A stretch of 64,000 nucleotides of DNA. It comes from Klebsormidium nitens (Eukaryota; Plantae; Klebsormidiophyceae). Each line of letters opens with the position of its first letter. The first letter of the stretch is position 1. This document shows positions 12,626 to 23,404 of this stretch, one piece after another. Where the stretch lies: the NCBI GenBank assembly GCA_000708835.1, contig DF237022.1:1-64000 (forward strand), in the 5' to 3' direction. The position numbers and the translations under genes are program-made. The notes below the pieces were generated by a model, which saw nothing but the letters and a program-made list of their open reading frames with translations, did no database searches and was not told where the DNA came from.

Positions 12626-15600
12626 TTACTGGAGCCCCGGTCGTTGCCGCAGCTGTCCCCCGGTCGCTGGGTCCCACGCACTCGCGCCGGCCTGACCCCC
12701 CCGGATCGGTTCTACCGGGGTCGACATGGCGTTGTAGGGGCCTGTTCAAAGAAAATGGAGACATTAGTCATGATTAGTTACTAAACGTCTGGGATTAACC
12801 CATTTGAACATCATCAGAGGCATGTTCGCTCGTTCTTCCGGTACTGGACTTCAACGGCGGCTTGTTGAAGAGGACGGCTAGTTACGTGATTTCTTTATAA
12901 GGCGATGGGATTTATATGAGCACTTTCGTTCGTCTTCCAGGTGTACAAGTTGCCACATTACAAAGAAGTGCAGCCTTGAGGACGTCAAAACCCTTCTGAT
13001 CATCCGACCCACAAGCAGCCAATAATTGTTATGTCTCCCACAGCCAGGTTTCATTTCGACACCGGTTGTACGGTGCCGAGACGTACGCACAAAACAGTGA
13101 TCCGATAACCCGAGTAAAGACCTGCTCGAACCAAAGCAAAGTAATACCATTCTTGTCGACGTCAGTCTGACGTCAGGCTTACCTCCTGCCAGGGGCGCGC
13201 CATCGGGCTGGATCGCGGCTCCGCTGCGCATGCGCATGTACCAGAATCCTCCGCCGAGAAGGGATCTGCGGAGCGGAAACGGAAGGCTCAGATCCTAGTG
13301 ATACAAACATTAGTGCAGAAGCGTATCCGCTGCCGTCTTCATATGTAGTCGTTCGAGACAAAGGCGAATCGTAGTGATCAAAACTAGAAGGGCGAGGAAG
13401 AGCAATATTGAAGTCTGTGGAACGGAATCTCCTGTTTTATCCAACTAGGAAGGGGGGAGAAAGCTAGACAATCGTGTGCAAAGACGGAGGCTTGTATTGT
13501 AATTACCTCGAAGAGGCGCAAAAGAGCAGAGAGACCATCTCTCACACGAAAAGGACCGCGGGAAAGCAAAAGCGCATTTCCTTGCGTCTGTCAAGTAATC
13601 GTTTGCGAGGAAAGAGGCTCGTTCTATCCAACTAGAAAGGCGAGAAACAGCAAGAAAGCTCTACTTACACGAACACGATTGAGCACACAACGACGATTAT
13701 AATGATCGCCGCGCTCCCGACCCCCGCGCTCTCCGACCGCGGCGCGGGCGCGGTCGTCGGCGTCGGCGTCGCGGGCGCGGGCGCGGGCGCATTCCCGGTG
13801 ATCTCCTTCTGGACGAAGTCGCTGATCAGGGTTTCGCCCGGCGCGCGCGCGGCCGCGACCGCGTCGGTGAGCGCGGAGCCCGTGTTGGTCGCCTCGAATT
13901 GCGCGGGCGTGACGCGACCGGTGGCCAGGTCGTTCAGGGAGGAGGCCATGGCGCCCTGGGACACCAGCCCAAGGCGCGCGAGCTGCGCGCGCGCAGAAAG
14001 GTTTGGGGGTTAGGGCGCGCTTTAGGTAGGAAATACCAGGTCCGTTGTAAGGCTCAAAATGCTAGCGCAACGAGGAATGCATGTACGACTGTTGTCTGTT
14101 TCGTCCCTATCTTCGGGAAGTGCGCAACGTTGCAACCCGCATGTCGCAGATTACGAGGAGACTCGAGTTTAATCGACTAAGAGCTCAGCGACCTGAACTT
14201 CGAGCAAATCCGGCCCTAGCCGGAGCGTTCCCTTTCCGGTCTCGTCCCGCTTCCGGCCGGCTCACCTGGACCAGGATGTCCGTGCTGTTGGCGCCCGACG
14301 CGGCCGCGCTGCTGATGAGCGTATTCACACTGGACATGCCGCTGGCCGCAGCCGACAGGACCGCGGTGGATAACGTCACTGTCCCGCCGGTGACGTTGTT
14401 CAGCGCGACTGCTGACGTGGCAAGCACGGCTTGGAGCTGGGCGGGGTTGGTTAGGTCGAGGGTAGTTCCGGCTTGCCCGGTGCTGTTGTTAACCATGCCC
14501 ACGATCGCGGCGTACTGCAGAGAAAAGCAGCGGGTTAAGGGGCGGTTAATGCTTTCTTGATAAAGAGGATCCCTCATCATTCCTCTTCATCTGCTCAATG
14601 TTTGACCAGACTGCAGAGCGTGAGATAAGGTTTGAAAAGAATCGCTCTCCACGAGTTGTGAAAAAACGTTCATAGGGATTGTTTGACGCAAGTCCTGACC
14701 ACAGGCAGAGGGAATTGACGTAACGCTCGTCCTTCGTGCTACAAAAGTATCGGAAGAGAAGAGCATTTCCACTCTTTGAAAAGGTCTCACAGGCTTCGCA
14801 AAAGAGGGGTTAAAGCCAAGCAGCTGTCTACCCAAGCTTTCAGATCAGTTCGGAAGCTGCGGATGAGAAATTGTGCGCGCGCACTCACCATCGCGAGCGC
14901 GCAGTCCTGCTGCGACGCGCCCGACGCGCCGGACAGGAGCTGGATGCCGCCGGCGATGACGGTCTGGAGCTGGGTTAGGGCGGACATGAACTGCAAACAC
15001 AGGGTTAGGATCGGGTTGAGCGTGAGATTCGAGTTGGGGTCCACTTGGGGAAGAGAGAACGACAACTGGACGTTGCATTCGTTCGTGGTGAGACAAAATG
15101 AGAAGAGAATTTGAGTGTTGCACGATCGGTAATTTGTGCACGAATCGGCCAAAGTCGCGACGGTTGTGGCGAGGTTGGTTTCATGATGCAATAGTAAGAT
15201 GCACTTTCTCATCCAAGCTTCAACCCCGCGCGAAAACTGATCTCCGGCCCATTAAAAGGATCAAGCATCAATCGCAGCACGATGCTGGTCGAATGTCTTT
15301 CCATAGCGACGTTCTGCGCGCCGGAGCGCCGCAAACCCGCCGCAAACCCAGGTCCCGCAATCTCGTACCTGGCTGCCGCCCGTGGTCCCGAGCGCGGTCG
15401 CAGAGATCGGGTCAAAAGTGCCCAGGGGGATCCCCGGGGGGAGGCCCAAAGACTGCGCGAGCCGTGCCTCCGCGAGCGACTGGGACGCCCCGGCCGCCAT
15501 CAGAACGGCGACCACCGTGGTTAAGGGGTTAACCACGGTCGAACCGGGCGCGGCTTCCATGCGGGAGACGGCAGGGAGGCCCGTGAAGGAGTCGATGCAG

Positions 15601-18600
15601 CCGGGTTCGCCAGCTGCGCGGGTTAGAGAACGGGTTAAGAAGTGCAGTTGTGGGCGAGGAGATCTCGTCGAAGAGAGGGTTAGCTGGTTAACCACGGTCG
15701 AACCGGGCGCGGTTTCCGTGTGGGAGACGGCGGGGAGGCCCGTGAAAGAGTCGATGCAGCAGGGTTCGCCAGCTGCGCGGGTTAAATTACGGGGTAAGAA
15801 AGACGAGAGTGAGCAAAAGAATCTGTTGAAGGAGGGTTAGAGCGTAAACCAAGGTCTAACCGGGTGTGGCCACCATGTGGGAAACGCGGGGAGGCCGGTA
15901 AAGGAGTCGACGCAGCCGGGCTGCGAGTTAAAGTACGGGTCAGAATCACGGTCGCGGGCGCTATCTAGTCAAAAGACGGTTACAGGAACTGCGGTCGAAT
16001 GTGGTGACGGTGGAGAGGCAGGTGGAAAAGTCGACGCACGCCCGGTTCGTTGAATGTGAGAGGCTTGAATATTCTCCGTTACCAGGTCTTAACGGAATTG
16101 CAACAATATCTGTTAGTCGGAGGAGGGCGAACTGTCGTCCAGGTTTGCGGTTAGATTTGGAAACTGTGCAATCCGATCATGTGAGGTTTGAGAGTTGGGC
16201 AGAAACTGCGGAGGCATTCAGAGGAGGAGCCAACGAAGAAACGAATTTCTGAGTATCGATTTAGTCGTCTCGCCCAACATACCAAGGTAGTCTTGAGTAT
16301 TGCTGGAAGAAAACCGGGAATTGATTGAAAAGGGAAGACAATAATGGGCTGGAATGAAAAGACGATGTGGAAAGGCGGCTGATCACCTTTGGTGAACGGT
16401 ATCAGCGCTTAGCGCCATGAAAGGAACAATCGGCGCCATGAGAGAAACAATCAGCACCATGAGAGGAAGCAAAAGAGAGCGTCGCACGAATGGGCGGGGA
16501 AAAAGCGGGTCGGAGGTACGTACCGCCAACGAAGATGAGCCACGCTGGGGCCGCCACGTTAGGCGCCTTAAAGACCCCGTACTGGTCGGTGACACCGATC
16601 GGTTCGCCCGCGTTGTGGATGCCGTCATCGTTGACGTCCAGGAACACCGTGCAGTTCTGCGCGCGCGCCACGTCACGTGACGTCAGCGACATGGAGCGAC
16701 ATGGACCAAGTAAGCTTCGGATTTTTCTGTCGATTGCCTTCGTTCAGCTTGGCGCTTGTGGAATCGCGTGCATCCTCGATCTCGGATGCTATAAGGAACC
16801 CGGAACCCGATGGAAGACTGACTGTGTCGAAGTTCCCTTGCTCGATTTAACCTGCGAGCAGTTTGATTCTTTTCCAACATGCTTTTGAATCTCACACTTC
16901 CATTCTCTCTGAAAAAACCCTCTGGTCAAAATTCTTCAGCACTTCGATCAAATTACGGTGTCTGCGGTGCTCTGGGTCTCTTACCCGTCTACCTTGTCCG
17001 GCCCTCAACTTTTCCCATCAACCCACGTGTCACTACCACGTGTGCATATCAGAGAGGTTGCCAAACTCCCAACAAGGAAAGAAGCTATCAAGCTCCGCAA
17101 ACTTTCCCTACTTCGTGTTCAAGCAGGCAATCTGATGCGAAGAAACCGCGGCCTCGAGGTTTTCAAAAAATACTTACCTGCATATATCCGTCCATCGCCT
17201 TTGCTACGAAATCGATTGCGGGGCTGGGGGTTTTGGTGGGAGTCGTGGGGACGGTCGAGGTCGGGGTGGGGGTGGGGTTCCCAGTCGGAGCAGCGCTGTC
17301 CGACGGAGAAGGGCTCGGGAGAGGCGCTGGAAAGAGGTCGGGGAATCAGAATCAGCACCGGTTAGGAGGGATTACGTCGATAATCGTGCAAGAACTGACC
17401 AGGGGATTCCTTGTGGGGGAGGAGGTGGGAGTTGGAGCAGCGCTGGGCGACGGGGAAAGGCTCAAGAGAGGTGCTGAAAGTTCGGACAATGATAATCAAG
17501 ACAAGGTTGGGAAGGCTTGATTGAGCAGTTGACCGAAGGATTTTTCCCGGCTGGAGCGAGTGTAAGAGCAGCGCTGGCCGACGGTTGAAGGGCTCGGGAG
17601 ATGCGCGCACAAAAGAGGTCGGCAAAATCAGAATCACGAGCGGTTGGGAAGGGAGGTATTGACCTGTCGAGAAGGGTTTAATCAGCACGTTATCAAGCGT
17701 GAGAGCGAGAAATTTATCGGTCGGTTTTTCCCGGGAGTCGGAGCAGGGCGTGCCGAAGGGGAAGGGCTCGGGAGAGGCGCTTGAAAGAGGTGGGACGTTT
17801 GTGAACAGAACGTCTTAGAAACTTGGGCGAACAGATTAAGCGTTTCGTAAGCGGACGGTTGTTCCGTGACCTCTGCTCGGGGGGTTGGGGTGGGGGTCGG
17901 AGCAGCGCGCTGGCCGACGGAAGGGCTCGGGAGAGGAACTGAAGATTGGTCGCGGATAAGGAATGGATTTAACCGTTGGCAAGGGTTGGGTCGACCGCTC
18001 AGCAACGTATCAACCGAAGCGCGGGGCAACTCGGATTGTAAGGACTGTGAGAAGTTTGCCCTGAAGGCAACGCCAGTGCAGATGCTGAAAGGAAAGCAGC
18101 ACGGGCAAGTTGCGTATAAACCCGCTTTGCAACCCCGCAAGCGTTAGTCAGTGAACTCTTGTAGCAATGCTCTTGAACTTAAACAGGGATGTTCTTCTGT
18201 TACTTCGGGAAGGGCTGTGATGGAAAATGCTAGTTGGAAGATTTACCAGGCGATTCAGAAGGTTGGGGCGACGCAGAAGCTTCCGGCGACCCAGGTTCCG
18301 GCGACGCAGATGGTTCCGGCGTTCCAGAAGGTTGGGGCGAAGAGGAAGGGGCGGGCGTAGCTGAAGGCGACGGGGAGGGAGACTGCACAAGTCCAAACAG
18401 CGGCGTTCAGCAATCTACTTTAAGCAGAGTTTTCCGTCCACCGCGTAGATACCATTCACCGTTGACGTATTGTGACCACATATCTTGGCTTTGAATCGAA
18501 AACGCCTTCTGCGCATTTGGCAGTGAGTTCTGAAAAGGTTCGGGGAAGACGAAGCGAGCCACGTAAACGAGGGGCCCGTGAGCAATTACCTGTCTTCTGG

Positions 18601-20242
18601 AACTGACCGACCTGTGGGAGACACATGGACATTCGGCGAGGACTTGTGGGAGGAGGGACGAAGGACACGAAATGTAAAGTCGCAGAAACACTGGCCAGCT
18701 CGGTTGACAGGCAGTGCCCCGTACAATCTGCTGACGAAGACGCTATGATCGCTTGTGAGCCAGTGCACCAAGTGCGCAAGCAAACCAAAAACATTCAAAC
18801 GACTTGTAACTAGATCGAGCTCCGACTTACGGGGCAGTGCCCGTAGAAGTTGCTGCCGTAGAAGTTGCAGTCGTCCGTGTTGTCGTCGATGGAAGTGAGC
18901 GCGCGCATGTGCTGCACGAAGTTTTCCTCCATGAACAGGGGGTCCTCGTTGCCCCATTCCGAGTCCATGTACCGGAACCCGGACGGGTGGAACTGCGGCT
19001 CCGCGTTGTCGGCCGCAGATGCGGCGACTGCGGGAAGGAAGATCAGAGGTTTGGGGATTTTGAAATCCAGGTCAAGCTTTGTTATCGTAACGACTCTGAT
19101 TGGGGGTAATATCTTGAAACGCCTGGATTCTTTCTGGACCCATCGTTTGGAGGCGGCATCAAAGATTGGAGGAGATAGTTGCGGTGTCTGGAGGTAGTAC
19201 CGGAAAAGCATGAAAGTTAGTGCCTATACCAACCAGCTGTGGCCTGCTTGTTTTTGTCCTAAGTTCGCTCCGTAGCTCCTACGTTCATCAGCAGATTGAT
19301 TGCCTCTCTTTCTAAAATGAGTTCAGCGGTGCATTGAACAGGCTCTGTTGGGGTGCTACAACCAGCAACTGTTGGCTTGTGAGCTGAGGGTGGCGATAGA
19401 TGGCTTTTACGTCCCCAGAATCCCTAAAGGTAGCTTTTCAGGCCGACTCCAACAGACTATCCTGTAAGACTTGCACACGCTTCCTGCAACGAGAATAAAA
19501 TGTAGACGAAGGATTGATAGCCTTGTACGACAATTTCCCTCCGACAGCTTTTGCTCTTTGAGCAACGCAGTCATTTCCGTCTTCTTTGAAGTCCTCAAAG
19601 AGTTTCTATCTTGCTCGAAGAGAAAGGGCCCTGAGTACCTATTGCTCTACTCTCGTCTCAAAGAGAGTTTGTCTACTAGTACCTCCTCTGCTAACTCAAC
19701 CGAACAGACCTTTCACACCAGGCTCCGTAATGCTGGAAAATATTTTTTGTCCCCCTATATCTGAGAAAGCCTTGCGCAGGCAACAAAGGACCATTATGGT
19801 AAAGTGGATGAACCATCCAGAGGGACTGCCTCAGACGCTTTGGTAAGAGTTGGTAAGAGTTCCGTAGGAATGAGTGACAGCAGAGGGCTGACTGCTGCTT
19901 TTCCTTTACCCAAGCCACCTGAAGTTTGTGAGATCTGAAAGCTAACTTGACCTATGCTTGCCTATGCAACCTGGGCTTCAGAACATGACCCTGCACCAAT
20001 TCGCAAGTGCACCCACGAAGCAGACTCACAACCTTCCCTCTTACTTCATTACCACACCTCCAGATCTCCTTGATCTCACACACAATCAGCATTGTGTTTT
20101 GTAAAGTTCGTTGAAGCCCCTTCTCCATCAACGCGCGCATGAACCAAATTGCAACGACCCTTCCCTTACCTGTCAGCAACGCAAAGACTGCGGCCAACGC
20201 CAGGAGGCGGCAGGGGCGCTTTGCCCCCCAGATCTTCTCCAT
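12626..20242 (-). CDS. Type I membrane/cell-surface protein: signal peptide, novel N-terminal domain, Ser/Pro/Thr-rich stalk, bacterial-type surface module, TM helix and short cytosolic tail. Exons include 20242-20170, 19027-~18835, small exons at 18.24-18.6 kb (uncertain), 17326-17178, 16656-16524, 15613-15369, 14990-14889, 14514-14266, 13982-13669, 13265-13183, 12741-12626
   Basis: The spliced signal peptide reads MEKIWGAKRPCRLLALAAVFALLT|VAASA. The stalk includes SPSPSPSATPAPSSSPQPSGTPEP. The module reads AMDGYMQ|NCTVFLDVNDDGIHNAGEPIGVTDQYGVF...GCIDSFTGLP..MEAAPGSTVVNPLTT. The TM segment is AAIIIIVVVCSIVFV|SLLGGGFWYMRMR, and TAA lies at 12628-12626. Junctions from 17326 downstream are phase-consistent. 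Confidence 0.8.
15540..16060 (-). repeat. Exon-echo array: real acceptor/exon start at 15613 with degenerate upstream copies at about 15772, 15920 and 16050
   Basis: CAG|CTGGCGAACCC..TGCATCGACTC.TTCACGGGCCTCCC..CCCGGTTCGACCGTGGTTAAC is repeated, and identity falls with distance from the real exon. Confidence 0.85.
16412..16474. repeat. 21-bp intronic minisatellite, 3 copies
   Basis: GCGCCATGAAAGGAACAATCG / GCGCCATGAGAGAAACAATCA / GCACCATGAGAGGAAGCAAAA. Confidence 0.85.
17270..17960 (-). repeat. Exon-echo array: five tandem copies of acceptor + APLPSPSPS..SAAPT exon start (real exon at 17326)
   Basis: The plus-strand anchor AAGGGCTCGG or a variant occurs at about 17309, 17457, 17588, 17762 and 17921, each next to GAGCAGCGC-like sequence. 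Confidence 0.85.
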
Positions 20243-23200
20243 CTTCTCTACCCTTGGTAGAGAAAGTTCCTTGGATCTTGATCAGAATCTCGCTTTCTGC
20301 TCCCCTTTCTGCCTTGCTCCGAGTGCCTCTCTCCGCCTGGATACCTTGGAATCGTTGTGCTGATACCCCCTTTGGTATTACCATTCGAGAAAGGACCTGT
20401 GAGCAGCGAGTCGTGACGCCCTGAAAACGATACTCTTACCCTGCCCAAAAGCGCGACTCCCTGCTTGTCTTGCTCGCTGGATTCTTGTGCTTTCTGCAGG
20501 TATGCTTTGCTTGCTGGCAATTGCAGATCCGGCAAATCTTAGTCGGTGTCCTGCTCTGTAGTTCGCAAGTCAAACTCACGCGAGATCCACCTTTCCGCGA
20601 CCGGTCTGAGCCTATCATTGGATTCATCAGAACCTATCAGACCCCCCGTGCGAACACTGACACACGCATAGGGCGAACTTCGAAAGCTCCGACATTGCTT
20701 ATGAATGACTTCAGCTAGCATACGGACGCGCATATTTGGTGACTTTCTGGAGATACTTCTTCAGCCTGATTGGGTCTGTCTGGCAAAGTGTGTGAGAGCC
20801 TTTTGAAACCTTTGAAATCTGCAGGAGCCGTGTTGACGTCGTAATGAGGTCATCACGTGCGCAGGCTCCAGCATTCAGCTGGATTACACCAACCAGTTCT
20901 CAAAAGACTTCGGGCTAATGCGAAGTGTCAATGATCAGAAGCAGCCAAAGCATGTAAGTGTCATATACACAGCTTGACTGATCTGACAGCCGCTGACCGG
21001 GTTTATGTGTCGTCAGTGAGTCCATGAACTGCACATGCCGGCCTGACCATCCATGTTTCTCGCCCCGGTTCACGTGAATAACAATCTGAAAACAACGGTC
21101 TCAGTGACTCGCGCAAGCTTTGCGAGAGTGCGAGAGTCAGATTCTGCACCGGTCAACAATTTCTACCTGAGCGTCCCGGCGACATGATGACTTGACCGTC
21201 GCACTATTACGAGGTCAACCGTCAGTCATGTCAAGGCGGGTTATGATAGGCTATATAGGTAGACCTACGTCTATGTACTTAGGTAGGCTCTTAGTGGCCG
21301 CTGTACCCGACGGTGTACTGCCGCCAATGTCGTGACGTTGTGGCTAGCTCAGCTAGCTGCAGACGGCCAACTGAAAGTACCTAATACATATTAGAATTTG
21401 ATCATTTGTACCGTACGCGTACTAGGTATTGCACGTTCGGTAAAACCTGGCCGCTTGACCCGAGTCCGATTTGAGCCGATCGCAGGACTTTGCCCGATGC
21501 GCAAAACTTGAACCCTCGGATGCTAGCACAAAATTCATCGAACGGCCCAGGTTCTGCACTTTCGGCCAAGTTCTGCGATGCATGGCTGAAAGCAGAGTCA
21601 GGTCAGGCGGCCAGGTTTGACCGAACCTGCAATATTGACTACCTGTAAGGCTAAGATGCGGCCGAGATGCGGTCGCAAATTGCAATCAACGTCATACCGG
21701 TGCTTCGGATCCAGATGTTTACGTATTTTACCGGTTGCTTGATCCGGTCAGTGCTTGCAACCATTAGAATTGCGCGCGTCTTTTTAATCTACGGTCAACG
21801 TTTATGTCCACCGTCAGCTTCTCGAGGCGGCCGCGCGGATCAGTACATGGAGTCGCGCTGCCGAAGTTGAACTTCCACCGTCCGTGACTCATGCACGCGT
21901 CGATCGGACCGTGACGTGACCGTCACCACACACAAGGCCGCGCATGATAGCGCGGTCGGGGCCGGCCGCGGCATGGCCAGGTGAGCCCGGCACGGAAATC
22001 CTAGGCCGCGGATCACGCTGCACCAAGACGATTTTGAAATCTGGCTCGCTAGGGCAAGAGGCGCAACGATACTTTTTGCGATAGTAGGCACCTGCTTCTT
22101 CCGAAATCACTTTGATTATTTTGCAAGTTTGTATGTTATGCCCTCAGCCTGTTGGGCGGCGCACGCTGGGCGCCGCAACTAGAGCAGCCGGCCCATGATC
22201 AGTGACACTTGTATTTGAGCGCCTGTGGGGCTGGGCTGCTTCAAATGCCGCAGTGAAGAGACTTCACTGGTACAATCGAGACGACGGTGCTCTAGCTAGC
22301 ACCGACTGTACCCAGACGGTCTCGATCTGCGGCGACCTTGAAAGACTTTTGTCAGCACCCCATGAGATAAGGACCCCCCTTTCGTCAATTGGCGGTGCAG
22401 ATTGCTGCAGAAAAGCCTGACTCACGCAGGAGTACGCAAGTGTGGCCGCCTAAGCTATAGTCCTATAGTGTCCAACCCGTAACCCTCTTGAGTATGTACA
22501 GAACAGCCTCAATAGACGATGATTGGCAGAGTCCGTCCGACGTTTGTATCGACGAAAGTCAAGATCATGATCAGTGACCGCGCGCCGCGCGCGGAAGTAT
22601 ACCTGAAGTTTGCAAAAACTGAGGCGAGAACGAAGCCAATATGAAAGTTCTCGACCAATTCAGGTGACTCTATTCTATCAAGCTTGAACCAACCACTAGA
22701 TTCGACATGTGCCCTCTGTTTCTGCGGTCGAGTGCATTCCAAACCCTCAGTGAGGTTGGTGCTTATTATCTAGAGGGCTCATGCAAACTTGAAAGATGTC
22801 TTGGCAAACCTGATTCAGCCGTCATATGTTTTGTAGTACTTCAAAATGATCATAGATATTTTATGCTCTGACAGATGCCAGTGGCAGACATGACTAAGCA
22901 GGTTGTGGCGTCATATTACGATTTTAGGGTATGTTAAAATCTCTCGTCGGAGCGCCTTGCAAACTGATGACAGTGATGTGCAGACTTTCCTTGCAATGTG
23001 CCTGCTTGAAGAGTCCCAGATTCCTAGATCGTCCCGTAGGCGCGCACATACATAGTCAAACTTAAGGTCACAAGCTCGGATTCTTCGCAAGTAAAGACGA
23101 CGCTAGAGCTCACAGGTAGACTTCGTGCCGCTAACTTCATTTTCATTCTCTCAGTCCACTTTATGAACTCTACATTTAAAATTGACTAATTTCTTGCCTT

Positions 23201-23404
23201 CTTATGCAAACAAAGTGTTTGCACGGACCGTCACAAAGCTGCTTGTCGTGTCAAGTCCTATCCTACCGTAAATACTCCCCTACGCCAGTACACACTGATT
23301 GGTGTCGGTTCTGTTAACTCACTCAAGCGAGCATCTTCATCCTACTATAATGTTTCCTCCGCTGAAGAATCGAACCGAGTGATAAATGAGCGGGCTCCAT
23401 TTCT

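Noticed and set aside
15540-17960. Regularly spaced repeats as a possible CRISPR array
   Set aside because: The units are degenerate copies of exon and splice sequence in a eukaryotic intron. There is no invariant repeat with unique spacers and no cas genes.
21660-22110. ORFs with a CxxC (YRCASC) and an open frame containing DACMSHGRWKF
   Set aside because: No recognisable family and no consistent splice model or codon bias.
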